Origin: a virus | Reading direction: 5' to 3' (one strand) | DNA length: 64,000 nt | IMG/VR virus record: IMGVR_UViG_3300013014_000020 | Span: 51,295-115,294 of that record | Part shown: piece after piece, positions 29,137-37,942 of the stretch | How the letters are laid out: each line of letters begins with the position of its first letter | Position numbering within the stretch: position 1 is the stretch's first letter | Program-made: the position numbers and the translations under genes | Notes under the pieces: model-generated | What the model was told of the DNA's origin: nothing | Database searches by the model: none | Seen by the model: the letters and a program-made list of their open reading frames with translations, nothing else

Positions 29137-31710
29137 TTATATTACTAACCCATAATTTAAATCGTCTTCAGGTATATCTAAAACAACAATATCGTTAATA
29201 TAAACTATTAATCCATAATTCAAATCATTTTCTGGTATGTCTAATGCGTTTAATCCACCTAAACAAGGAGCTTCGGTTAATGTTTCTATTGTTAGAACAT
29301 CTGATTCATCATAATATGATAATCTATCATCTCCATTTTTATTTTTGAATACATTAACTGTTGTGATATCATATAACATACCTGTACTTAAACAAGTACC
29401 GACAATTTCGGCATTAACAATATTCCATTGAAATGAATCACCTATTTCATTACTACGGAAATTATCAGGTATAGTGTTATTATAGAAATATTCACCAATA
29501 GTATTATTGTAAAAATTATTCCCAATTCTATTTCCTTGAGAAGTATTTATTCCAAAACCAAATCCATCTTGAATTTCATTACTACTAAAATAAGACCCTA
29601 TTGTGTTATATGTGAATGAACCATAAAAATCATTAAATGTAAAATGGTTACCAATTATATTTGAATATGTGCCGCCACTAAGATTGTTGCTCAAAAAATT
29701 ATAACCTACATTATTAAATTTAAAATCATCAAATATTTCATTAGCTTTAAAATCTGTTTTAACTTGGTTATCTGTAAAATCACCTTGAATATCATTTCCT
29801 TTAAAGTTATTCATAATTTGGTTACTTTCAAAAGTAAGACCTAAATTATCATCTTCACCAATTGTGTTTGTGTTAAAACCATTTAATATTGAATTTTTTC
29901 TAAAATCAAAATAAATGGTATTAGTGTTAAAATCATTTAAAATGTTGTTATATTGAAAATTAAGTTTAATTATATTACCTTGAAATTCGTTTCCAATTCT
30001 ATTACCCCTAAAATCATATTCCCCGATAATTGAACTGTCTCCAATTGTATTACCATTAAAAACGTGTTCAATAGTATTTTCATAGAACTCTGAATATATG
30101 GTGTTATTATTATATCCGTTTCCAATTAAATTACGATTAAATTGTGAATAACTTTGATTACCATTATACCCATTACCAATATCATTATTATAGAAGTCAT
30201 CATAAATTTTATTATTATTGAACTGATTTCCTATTTCATTATTTTGAAAATCATCAGAAGTATAAACGTTATCCCTAAAATCATTTCCAATATTGTTTCT
30301 ATAAAAAGACCCTCCTAGTAAAGTGTTACTATAAAAATCACTACCAATTCTATTATTATTAAAATTTGCGGTGATATAGTTGTTGTTAAAGTTTTCACCA
30401 ATTATATTACCGTCAAAATCATCGTTTGTTGAGTTGTTATAAAAACTATCACCAATTTGATTATTATCACAATCATCATTAAATGTGTTATTATAAGAAC
30501 CGTTACCGATGGTGTTGTTTCTAAATGAACCACCTAATAATACATTATTTGCAAGTAAAAAATTTCCAGTACCAAATTCTAAATGTAGATTAGAATAGTT
30601 ACCAATATAATTATTAACCGCTCCACTATTATCAATAACATCTCCAAATGTTGTGTATTCAAAAACTTGGTCTTGTCTTACATTGGGTTGGTAATAACTC
30701 ATTATACCATCATCATTTCCATAATAATAAATTGAGTCAGTGGTTACACTTATTGTTACACCTGATATAATTGCTAAAGAATTGCTTACAACAGATAAAA
30801 CTTCAAAAAATGAAGGATTTAAATTTTGTACTGAAACAATGTCTCCTGTTGAGAAATTTGAGGTAAATGTTGTACCCGTGTTACCATATAACACGGCAGT
30901 TGTTCCTGTTAAACCACTTATCCCAACAAGACCACTTAATGGTTGATTTTCGTAATATGAATATCCACGATATCTTTTAAATAAAATACTTCTGTTGTCA
31001 TAATCAGTTCTATTATTAAAGTTATCAATTCTTTCAGTGATTCTACCTTTTGCAGGACTGCCGGTTACTTCAGTTGTATTCCAAGTTATGTCGTATGTTA
31101 TTTTGTCTTGAGGGTATAATGTAGAATATACGGTAGGTGAAAACCCTGTTGTAGATATCGCCAATAATAAAATTGGTTCTGTTGTTCCTGTTTTATAGTT
31201 ACCCGTTGTAATTGGATTTTTTACATTATTGTAGTTTGGTTGGTCATAACAAGTTTGATAATCAGTCATCAAGTAATATCTACCAGGTATTAATATACCA
31301 TTACCAGCATCGGCAACAAGTTGTGAATATGTTCCACCAGTTACAAATACATCTGTTGATCCTGTGTATAAACCGCTAATTGATAAAGAACCATTTTGTC
31401 TATTAAGTGTTATTGTACCATTAGAATATGTCCCGCCAGTCACATAAAAATCTGTACCACCAGTATATAAACCGCTAATTGATAAAGAACCATTTTGTCT
31501 ATTAAGTGTTATTGTACCATTAGAGTATGTACCACCAGTTACAAAGTTGTCTGATACACCACTTAATACATAATTTTTAAATTGTACTATTGGTGTTTGT
31601 TTTGTTTCACCAGTTATACTACCCAAGTAATTTACAATTGGGATAATGTCGTTTGTTGTATAACCTGAATTACCTAAGTATGGTAACTGTGAAATTTTCT
31701 TATCTGCCAT
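29137..31710 (-). CDS. Fibre-like protein with VTGGTY repeats and an Asn-rich NxIGNxFxxN beta-solenoid
   Basis: MADKKISQLP start; 33-aa duplication (99-bp offset, 31371 vs 31470); long NxIG repeat region; duplicated LDIPExDLNYGL tail. Confidence 0.7.
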   Translation of the reverse strand: MADKKISQLPYLGNSGYTTNDIIPIVNYLGSITGETKQTPIVQFKNYVLSGVSDNFVTGGTYSNGTITLNRQNGSLSISGLYTGGTDFYVTGGTYSNGTITLNRQNGSLSISGLYTGSTDVFVTGGTYSQLVADAGNGILIPGRYYLMTDYQTCYDQPNYNNVKNPITTGNYKTGTTEPILLLAISTTGFSPTVYSTLYPQDKITYDITWNTTEVTGSPAKGRITERIDNFNNRTDYDNRSILFKRYRGYSYYENQPLSGLVGISGLTGTTAVLYGNTGTTFTSNFSTGDIVSVQNLNPSFFEVLSVVSNSLAIISGVTISVTTDSIYYYGNDDGIMSYYQPNVRQDQVFEYTTFGDVIDNSGAVNNYIGNYSNLHLEFGTGNFLLANNVLLGGSFRNNTIGNGSYNNTFNDDCDNNQIGDSFYNNSTNDDFDGNIIGENFNNNYITANFNNNRIGSDFYSNTLLGGSFYRNNIGNDFRDNVYTSDDFQNNEIGNQFNNNKIYDDFYNNDIGNGYNGNQSYSQFNRNLIGNGYNNNTIYSEFYENTIEHVFNGNTIGDSSIIGEYDFRGNRIGNEFQGNIIKLNFQYNNILNDFNTNTIYFDFRKNSILNGFNTNTIGEDDNLGLTFESNQIMNNFKGNDIQGDFTDNQVKTDFKANEIFDDFKFNNVGYNFLSNNLSGGTYSNIIGNHFTFNDFYGSFTYNTIGSYFSSNEIQDGFGFGINTSQGNRIGNNFYNNTIGEYFYNNTIPDNFRSNEIGDSFQWNIVNAEIVGTCLSTGMLYDITTVNVFKNKNGDDRLSYYDESDVLTIETLTEAPCLGGLNALDIPENDLNYGLIVYINDIVVLDIPEDDLNYGLVI

Positions 31711-31756
31711 TTTTTTTATATTATAAATAGTTTTATTTTTTTTAAATTCATTACTT

Positions 31757-32302
31757 TTAGTAAATTATTTTATCATTATTTTCTGTGTTTAATACATCTC
31801 CATTTTCTGTTAATACATTGAATGTTTCAGGAATTGGTACGGGTTGTACACATATTGTTGTTGTGGTTCCTATAATAACTGGACTTGTATTACAACAAGG
31901 AAATTCACTAACATAACAATTATTATATTCTAACGAATCACCAATAAAACTTTCTTGTATATTAATATATAGTTTGTCTCTTAAAGGTAATATTAAAACA
32001 CCATCATCATTTCTAAATAAAAATTGTCCTTCATATCTACCAACTTTTCTTGTGTCTGTATTTGAAAACTGATAATAAACATAATATTCTGGTTCGGCAT
32101 TTGGGTCCAACATTTCTTTTGCGACAAATCCTGCTGGTCTTGTGATAATCTTTGGTATTCCAGTATCAATATCTACCATTGAAAAGAATATCGCAGATTC
32201 TTCAATAAGACTTGTCATTTTATTAAAATCACTTCTGCCATCTTTAACCACGGCCATCTTTAATAAAGGAAGAGTTGCGTTTTTCTTAATAAAGAATTCC
32301 AT
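31757..32302 (-). CDS. BppU-like / baseplate-associated structural protein
   Basis: F.IK.N.TLP.L, Y.F...DT...G.YEG.F pattern; C-terminal LTENG..L.TE motif. Confidence 0.5.
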   Translation of the reverse strand: MEFFIKKNATLPLLKMAVVKDGRSDFNKMTSLIEESAIFFSMVDIDTGIPKIITRPAGFVAKEMLDPNAEPEYYVYYQFSNTDTRKVGRYEGQFLFRNDDGVLILPLRDKLYINIQESFIGDSLEYNNCYVSEFPCCNTSPVIIGTTTTICVQPVPIPETFNVLTENGDVLNTENNDKIIY

Positions 32303-32329
32303 TTATAGTTTTTACTATAAATATACCAA

Positions 32330-34000
32330 TCAACATTCTTTTCTTAATTCTGCACTATAAAAATCAAAACGGTTGTGCTCAGTTGGTGTGATAAGTAACA
32401 GTCCAGGTTTTAGATTACTTTTGACTGTTTCTTGGAAATTATAAGACATAAGTGTTTGTTCATATGGAAAATCAAATTTATTTTTTAAATAACATTTGTA
32501 GTTTCCTTCTTTTGACATAAGGATTGGCCAATTAGAAAGATAAATTTGTCCGCTAGCATATGGTACGCCTTCATATGATTTTATATTATTAAAAAGTAAA
32601 CAAGGAGCCTCTGGATCATAACCTTGCACTGGTAAGTTAGGTTTTTCTGGCCAGTGGTTTTGTCTAAACTCTTGTGGTACATTATACCAGGACCATTGTG
32701 TTTGATGTGAACCAAAAAATTCTGTAAAGTTCATTTTAAGAAAATCAAATTCTTCTGTCTTTAATATGTTTAGAGTTTTTGAAAAAAGGTTTTCTACATA
32801 TCGGTTAAACCCATTTTTACAAGTACCAGAATTTTTATTCACAAATAGCATATCATCCTCAAAGAAAAAATAATAACCCAAATCTTCTTCTTTGTTAAAA
32901 TGTTCGGCAATAAATTGTCTTCCACCGGTTATCCCAATATTATCTTTTTTAATGTGGTCAAAACCATATCTTAAACAAAGTTCATTATATTTTGGTGTTG
33001 TATTTAAATCCGTTGAATTATTTAATAAAAATTTCTTCGTTCCGTTAATAAAATTTGGGTCATAAAATAACATACTTTTTATTAGCGACTCAAACTGTGA
33101 TGGTGAGTTAAAACTTATAACATATAAGCCAACACCATTAGAATTTATGTTTGATTTTATAATTTTGTTTTTTTTATTTTTAATTACAAATGTATTATTT
33201 TTTACATCTTCAAAAAATTTATACATCAAACCATTTGATTCTATTTCACAATAATCAATCATTGATGGATAAAGATAAGTCATAATTGTAAAAATACTTT
33301 CTTCGGTTCCCATCAAATTTTTATTTAATGTGTCTATTAATAATTGGTAGTATAAAACATTTAAGTCAGCAATTTTTTGTTTTGTTCCACCAAAAAACCC
33401 ACCTCTTGAGACAAACTCTGTTTTTGTTTTTGCGTAGTCACACATTTTTTTATAATCAAATCCGTGCACTTCGTTTTCCGCTTCATAAGGAAAGACAACA
33501 AACATAAATTTATCAAATAAACTTTCTATTTTATCTAATACATTATCACGAGTAAAATACCCCAAATTAACCGTGTTAGTTAATCCGGCGTCTATCCAGT
33601 AAAGTTTTTCAGAATTAAAAGGATCCAAAATAGATGCGTCGTGTAGTAAAAACATTTTGGACATTACAAGTGGATTGTAATATTCTAATCTTGCTTGTGT
33701 TGATTCTTTTAACCAACCAGAAAGATTATACCAATTTTCATTTGTCCTTATTTTTTGAATTTTATCAAAGTATTCGTTATTTCTAAACCAAGATAAATTC
33801 CTATTAATAAATTTTGTATTGTTTGGGTTTCTATACTTGAATACAAATTCCTCTAATTGTTTATCACCAAAAATAATTAAGTTACAATCTATTTGTAATA
33901 ACTCTTTAAATTTTTCTAAATAATAATCAAAAGATCTATTCCACCCTTCATTTAGGTTACCCCTACCAATATCCCATAAACCTGTAACTAATGTTATCAT
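32330..34000 (-). CDS. HtrL/YibB(WlaTC)-like glycosyltransferase fused to a GT-A domain
   Basis: TLVTGLWDIGR, Y...MSK..L..A....PF....YWIDAG, GGFFGG, GTEE; second domain with FFEDD. Confidence 0.7.
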   Translation of the reverse strand: MITLVTGLWDIGRGNLNEGWNRSFDYYLEKFKELLQIDCNLIIFGDKQLEEFVFKYRNPNNTKFINRNLSWFRNNEYFDKIQKIRTNENWYNLSGWLKESTQARLEYYNPLVMSKMFLLHDASILDPFNSEKLYWIDAGLTNTVNLGYFTRDNVLDKIESLFDKFMFVVFPYEAENEVHGFDYKKMCDYAKTKTEFVSRGGFFGGTKQKIADLNVLYYQLLIDTLNKNLMGTEESIFTIMTYLYPSMIDYCEIESNGLMYKFFEDVKNNTFVIKNKKNKIIKSNINSNGVGLYVISFNSPSQFESLIKSMLFYDPNFINGTKKFLLNNSTDLNTTPKYNELCLRYGFDHIKKDNIGITGGRQFIAEHFNKEEDLGYYFFFEDDMLFVNKNSGTCKNGFNRYVENLFSKTLNILKTEEFDFLKMNFTEFFGSHQTQWSWYNVPQEFRQNHWPEKPNLPVQGYDPEAPCLLFNNIKSYEGVPYASGQIYLSNWPILMSKEGNYKCYLKNKFDFPYEQTLMSYNFQETVKSNLKPGLLLITPTEHNRFDFYSAELRKEC

Positions 34001-35241
34001 AAATCACCAACTAGTCTATCACACCAACCTTTTGATTTTGAATGTGGCCATACAACCCAATACTTCGGTTTTTCTTTTGCGTTAAACTCCCTCCATATTT
34101 TTCCATAACCGTCGGCATCTGTTTTTATTCTTTTGATTTCTTCTTCTTGTGCGTCCATACGATAAATTGTTTCATCTTTATCGTTATGAAATGCAACAAC
34201 TAAAAAATCATAATCGTCTTCTGGTATTTTATCTAATGGGACATCAATACAATGTTTAAATATTCTTAAAAAACTTTCTTTCCATTCTTCTTCGTTTTTA
34301 TAATCATATGGGTTTGGTGGATAATTTTTATCTATTGTATATTGTTGTACGGATCTTTTCTCAAAAAGAACACCAGAATATTTTTCGTAATCACCAACTG
34401 TCCTCACATTTCCAAAACCATATTTTAATTCACCATCATATTTTTCACCATCAACCCCCAAAACTTTTCTGTTTTTACTATGTGAACTTTCATTTTTCTT
34501 ATACCATACACTATCATCATCCCACTGTTTTGTTCTACCTTTTCTTGTGTATTCGTGATAAATAACAATTTTATGTGGATGGAATAAATCATATCCGTGC
34601 GTGTAAGCACGAACAGCAATTGATATTTCTTCTCCGTGAAAATAATATTCCGGATCATGCTGAACCTCAACTGAAAATTCACCTAACGTGAAACAAAAAT
34701 GCGCCGAATAAAATCTTGCTGGGATTGGTTTTTGCAACTCTTGCCATCCTGGTATTACTTCTGGTAAAAAGAAAACAACACCTTCTGGTGTAAATCTATC
34801 AAAGACCATTCTCCACGGCTCTTTAACTCTTCCTTGTGGGTCATTTTCTGGGTCAAAAGAAGAAACATATCCTGTTAATAATGGTTTTTTATATCCATCT
34901 TCTTGCAATTCCTTTAACATTTTAATTAAAGTTTCATCCCAATTAGGTTCAAAACGCATATGAGAATCTAATTGTAACGTGTATGTTTCACCACTATATA
35001 ATTGTTGGACTTGATGTCTTGCCCAACAAACACCGGTTGATTCTGTGTACGGTATATTTAAAATTCTAAAACGATTATCATTTTCATATTCAATTAAATC
35101 ATCAAACTTATCATCTGAATGAAATTGTCTAGCAATACCTAATCTTAAATTTTCTGGGTATTTTGCCTTATCCAACATATCTTTAATTGTTGGTATAAGT
35201 TGGGGGTCTCTATAAGACGCGATTTGTATAAATATTGTCAT
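33997..35241 (-). CDS. GT60-like polypeptide/hydroxyproline alpha-GlcNAc transferase (Gnt1-like)
   Basis: IFIQIASYRD, GVCWAR..Q.LY.GE.Y.LQLDSHMRF...WD, P.L..Y, F.GEE, H.Y.R, G..RT..DYE..SG. Confidence 0.85.
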   Translation of the reverse strand: MTIFIQIASYRDPQLIPTIKDMLDKAKYPENLRLGIARQFHSDDKFDDLIEYENDNRFRILNIPYTESTGVCWARHQVQQLYSGETYTLQLDSHMRFEPNWDETLIKMLKELQEDGYKKPLLTGYVSSFDPENDPQGRVKEPWRMVFDRFTPEGVVFFLPEVIPGWQELQKPIPARFYSAHFCFTLGEFSVEVQHDPEYYFHGEEISIAVRAYTHGYDLFHPHKIVIYHEYTRKGRTKQWDDDSVWYKKNESSHSKNRKVLGVDGEKYDGELKYGFGNVRTVGDYEKYSGVLFEKRSVQQYTIDKNYPPNPYDYKNEEEWKESFLRIFKHCIDVPLDKIPEDDYDFLVVAFHNDKDETIYRMDAQEEEIKRIKTDADGYGKIWREFNAKEKPKYWVVWPHSKSKGWCDRLVGDL

Positions 35242-35257
35242 AATTAGTTAAAAATAA

Positions 35258-35476
35258 CTAACACTGATAAAAATTAAATATTTCACAATTGTTTGAATCA
35301 ATAAGTTTTACAAGTAACGAACCCACGTTATTTAATGGTTGTGGGACATCAAAGATATATGTGGAAATATACGTACCTCCAGAAACTAAATAACAATAAG
35401 TGTTTGTAATATCACAAACATACACATCGTAAGGGGGGTTTCCTGTAACACCGGATATTGTTATTTGGTTTGTCAT
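35258..35476 (-). CDS. Small Cys-containing beta-sandwich decoration-like protein
   Basis: 72 aa; ITISG.TG.PPY.VYVCD...C and K.IDSNNC. Confidence 0.55.
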   Translation of the reverse strand: MTNQITISGVTGNPPYDVYVCDITNTYCYLVSGGTYISTYIFDVPQPLNNVGSLLVKLIDSNNCEIFNFYQC

Positions 35477-35495
35477 ATTTTATATTTCTAACGAC

Positions 35496-35879
35496 TTAAA
35501 AACTTAACAACTCATACAACAAAGAAAAAGCAATACCAAAAAGAACTCTGGATATCATAACACTAAATAAACACATTAATTGTGTTGAGCAAGGTAAAAA
35601 GATAAAAAAGATTCCCCCAAATATAAAAAAGGTTCTTAATAATTTAAAAAGGTGCCACCCGTCAGTTAAACCAACTAACAATGTTTTTGAAAATAAAAAT
35701 TTACGACCTAACGTTGGGTCTCCGTCTTTATACTTATTTCTCCAAGAAATACTTGGATCCCAAAAAAGTTTATTTTTTAACTTAAAAAAATATGACGAAC
35801 CATAGTGAAACTGCAAGGTGTCCATTACGGCTTCGCACATCCCAGCGATTATAAAAAATAAAAAACCTAAATATATCAT
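35496..35879 (-). CDS. Membrane protein
   Basis: Three hydrophobic segments; A.MDTL..H, W.P..SW.NKY and TDGWH motifs. Confidence 0.65.
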   Translation of the reverse strand: MIYLGFLFFIIAGMCEAVMDTLQFHYGSSYFFKLKNKLFWDPSISWRNKYKDGDPTLGRKFLFSKTLLVGLTDGWHLFKLLRTFFIFGGIFFIFLPCSTQLMCLFSVMISRVLFGIAFSLLYELLSF

Positions 35880-36073
35880 TTTGATTCTTTAATAAAATTT
35901 ATATACCAAACAATAGAGGCGATAAGTCCTCCATAACAAGTAATAAAAACCATAATTTTTAAATATAGGTTATCCAAATAACCATCCATTAACCAAGATG
36001 GGTATAAAACTGACCCAACTAAAAATAAAATGATTAATAACCAAGAAGAAACGTGTAATTTAAAATTTTTCAT
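35876..36073 (-). CDS. Small two-TM membrane protein
   Basis: Two hydrophobic stretches; ATGA overlap with the next gene; preceded by TATTTAT. Confidence 0.55.
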   Translation of the reverse strand: MKNFKLHVSSWLLIILFLVGSVLYPSWLMDGYLDNLYLKIMVFITCYGGLIASIVWYINFIKESK

Positions 36074-36137
36074 AACCTTTTATTTAATAAATATCACATT
36101 AGTTAATAACCAACAAATTTAAAAAGTATTTATTATT

Positions 36138-36686
36138 ATGGATAATAAATTAAAAAATCTAAAATTAGATTTGTTGTTAAAAGAATTAAAACTTTTGGAT
36201 TTGGAAAGGGAGTATGTTGATGAGTTTACAAAACATTACAGACCAATTTTTATGCAGGAATTAACTAAAAACGGTTACAAGGCACAAGTAGTGTCTGGAG
36301 AAACTTTAAATACATCAATTAAAAAAGAAAATAAAATTAATGCTGATGAGAATGAATTAAAAACTATAAAAAATATTTTTAGAAAAATTGCTAAGGTATC
36401 TCATCCAGACAAAACTAAAAATATTTATAAAAATAAATTATATGATGAAGCTCAAATTGCTTACGATAAAAATAATTTATTAGTCCTTTATAAAGTAGCA
36501 AAAAAACTAAATATTGATATTGAGTTAAATGTTAGTAATTTACTACTTATAGAAAAAATAATTAGTGATGAAAAAAAGGAATTGTCGTCCGTTGAAACAT
36601 CCTTTTTATGGATATGGGCTAACACAGAATCACAAGAAAAAAAAGACGAATTAATAAACCAATTTATAAAAAAACACGGGGAATAG
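36138..36686 (+). CDS. J-domain (DnaJ-like) protein
   Basis: LKTIKNIFRKIAKVSHPDK (HPD motif) followed by Y..A..AY. Confidence 0.75.
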   Translation: MDNKLKNLKLDLLLKELKLLDLEREYVDEFTKHYRPIFMQELTKNGYKAQVVSGETLNTSIKKENKINADENELKTIKNIFRKIAKVSHPDKTKNIYKNKLYDEAQIAYDKNNLLVLYKVAKKLNIDIELNVSNLLLIEKIISDEKKELSSVETSFLWIWANTESQEKKDELINQFIKKHGE

Positions 36687-36688
36687 TT

Positions 36689-37873
36689 ATGAAAATAGGA
36701 ATAACACTTGGACTTAAAGATAATCAAGAATCTATATGGACAAACGGAATAAAACAAAACGTTTTGATGTTAACACATCTTTTAAAAAACTCAGAAAAAA
36801 ATTATGATGTCTGTATTTTAAACTCTATGAATATAGATCTTACAGAAAAACCTTCATATCTTGATGGAGTTGATATTCACTACTTTAACGATAAGTTCTT
36901 AGAGATGGATTTATTAATTGTAATGGGCGCTCAAATATTTGATTACCAACTTGAGACATTTAAAAAATCTGGACCAAACAAAAAAGTAGTTTCATATAAG
37001 TGTGGAAATAATTATGTTATTCATATGGAAAACATATTATTTAAACCGAGTGAAGATAAAAAATTCCAATATGAGAGACAATATGATGAAGTTTGGTATG
37101 TACCACAACAAGATGAAGTAAATTCAGGTCTTTACAAAACATTATATCGTACAAATGCCTTTGCTGTCCCTTTTATTTGGTCAGAAAAATTTTTATTTGA
37201 ATCAGTTAGAGAAATCCATAAAGGATTTAAGGAAGGAAAATACACTAAAGACTGGCAGTATGATGCAACAAAAGAAAAAAAGATTTTGGGTATTATGGAA
37301 CCGAATTTGAATATTGTTAAATTTTGTTTAATTCCAGCGATGATTGCAGAAGAATCATATAGAACTATTGAAGGACGACGACATATTGAAAAACTTAGAA
37401 TTACAAATGCTACCACCGTTTCAAAACATAAGGAATTTATGTCTATAATTCAAACATTTGACTTGTTTAAAGAAGGTAAGATAAGTGCTGAATCACGTTA
37501 TCAAACGGCGTATATGTTGACACAACATTTAGATGTATTGATTTGTCATCAGTTATTAAATCCCCTAAATTACTTATATTTAGATGCCGCTTATTTAGGG
37601 TATCCGGTATTACACAATGCCCCAATGTGTAAAGATTTGGGTTACTATTATGAAGGTTCAGATACGGTTGAGGCATCTAAAATATTAAATTATATTTTAA
37701 CTAAACACGATAAAAACATAGATGAGTACAACGAAAAAAACGATAAAGTATTACAACGATATCATATAGACAATCAAGAAGTGGTTAAAACATACGATAT
37801 GTTAATTGAGAACTTATTTAATGGGGGAAATAAGGATTTAGTATATGACCCAATGACCAATTTATACAAATAA
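36689..37873 (+). CDS. DUF2827-family putative glycosyltransferase
   Basis: SIWTNGI.QN, CGNNY, W..PQ, VPFIWS, EPN..VK..L.P, HQ..NPLNY.Y.D....GYP..HN, LGYYY. Confidence 0.8.
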   Translation: MKIGITLGLKDNQESIWTNGIKQNVLMLTHLLKNSEKNYDVCILNSMNIDLTEKPSYLDGVDIHYFNDKFLEMDLLIVMGAQIFDYQLETFKKSGPNKKVVSYKCGNNYVIHMENILFKPSEDKKFQYERQYDEVWYVPQQDEVNSGLYKTLYRTNAFAVPFIWSEKFLFESVREIHKGFKEGKYTKDWQYDATKEKKILGIMEPNLNIVKFCLIPAMIAEESYRTIEGRRHIEKLRITNATTVSKHKEFMSIIQTFDLFKEGKISAESRYQTAYMLTQHLDVLICHQLLNPLNYLYLDAAYLGYPVLHNAPMCKDLGYYYEGSDTVEASKILNYILTKHDKNIDEYNEKNDKVLQRYHIDNQEVVKTYDMLIENLFNGGNKDLVYDPMTNLYK

Positions 37874-37892
37874 AACAATTTAATATAAATGT

Positions 37893-37925
37893 AAAAAGGG
37901 ACTCTTTCGAGTCCCTTTCTTTTTT
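37893..37925. terminator. Bidirectional intrinsic terminator
   Basis: AAAAAGGGACTC-TTTC-GAGTCCCTTTCTTTTT between convergent genes. Confidence 0.85.
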
Positions 37926-37942
37926 GAAAGTTAATCTAACGA

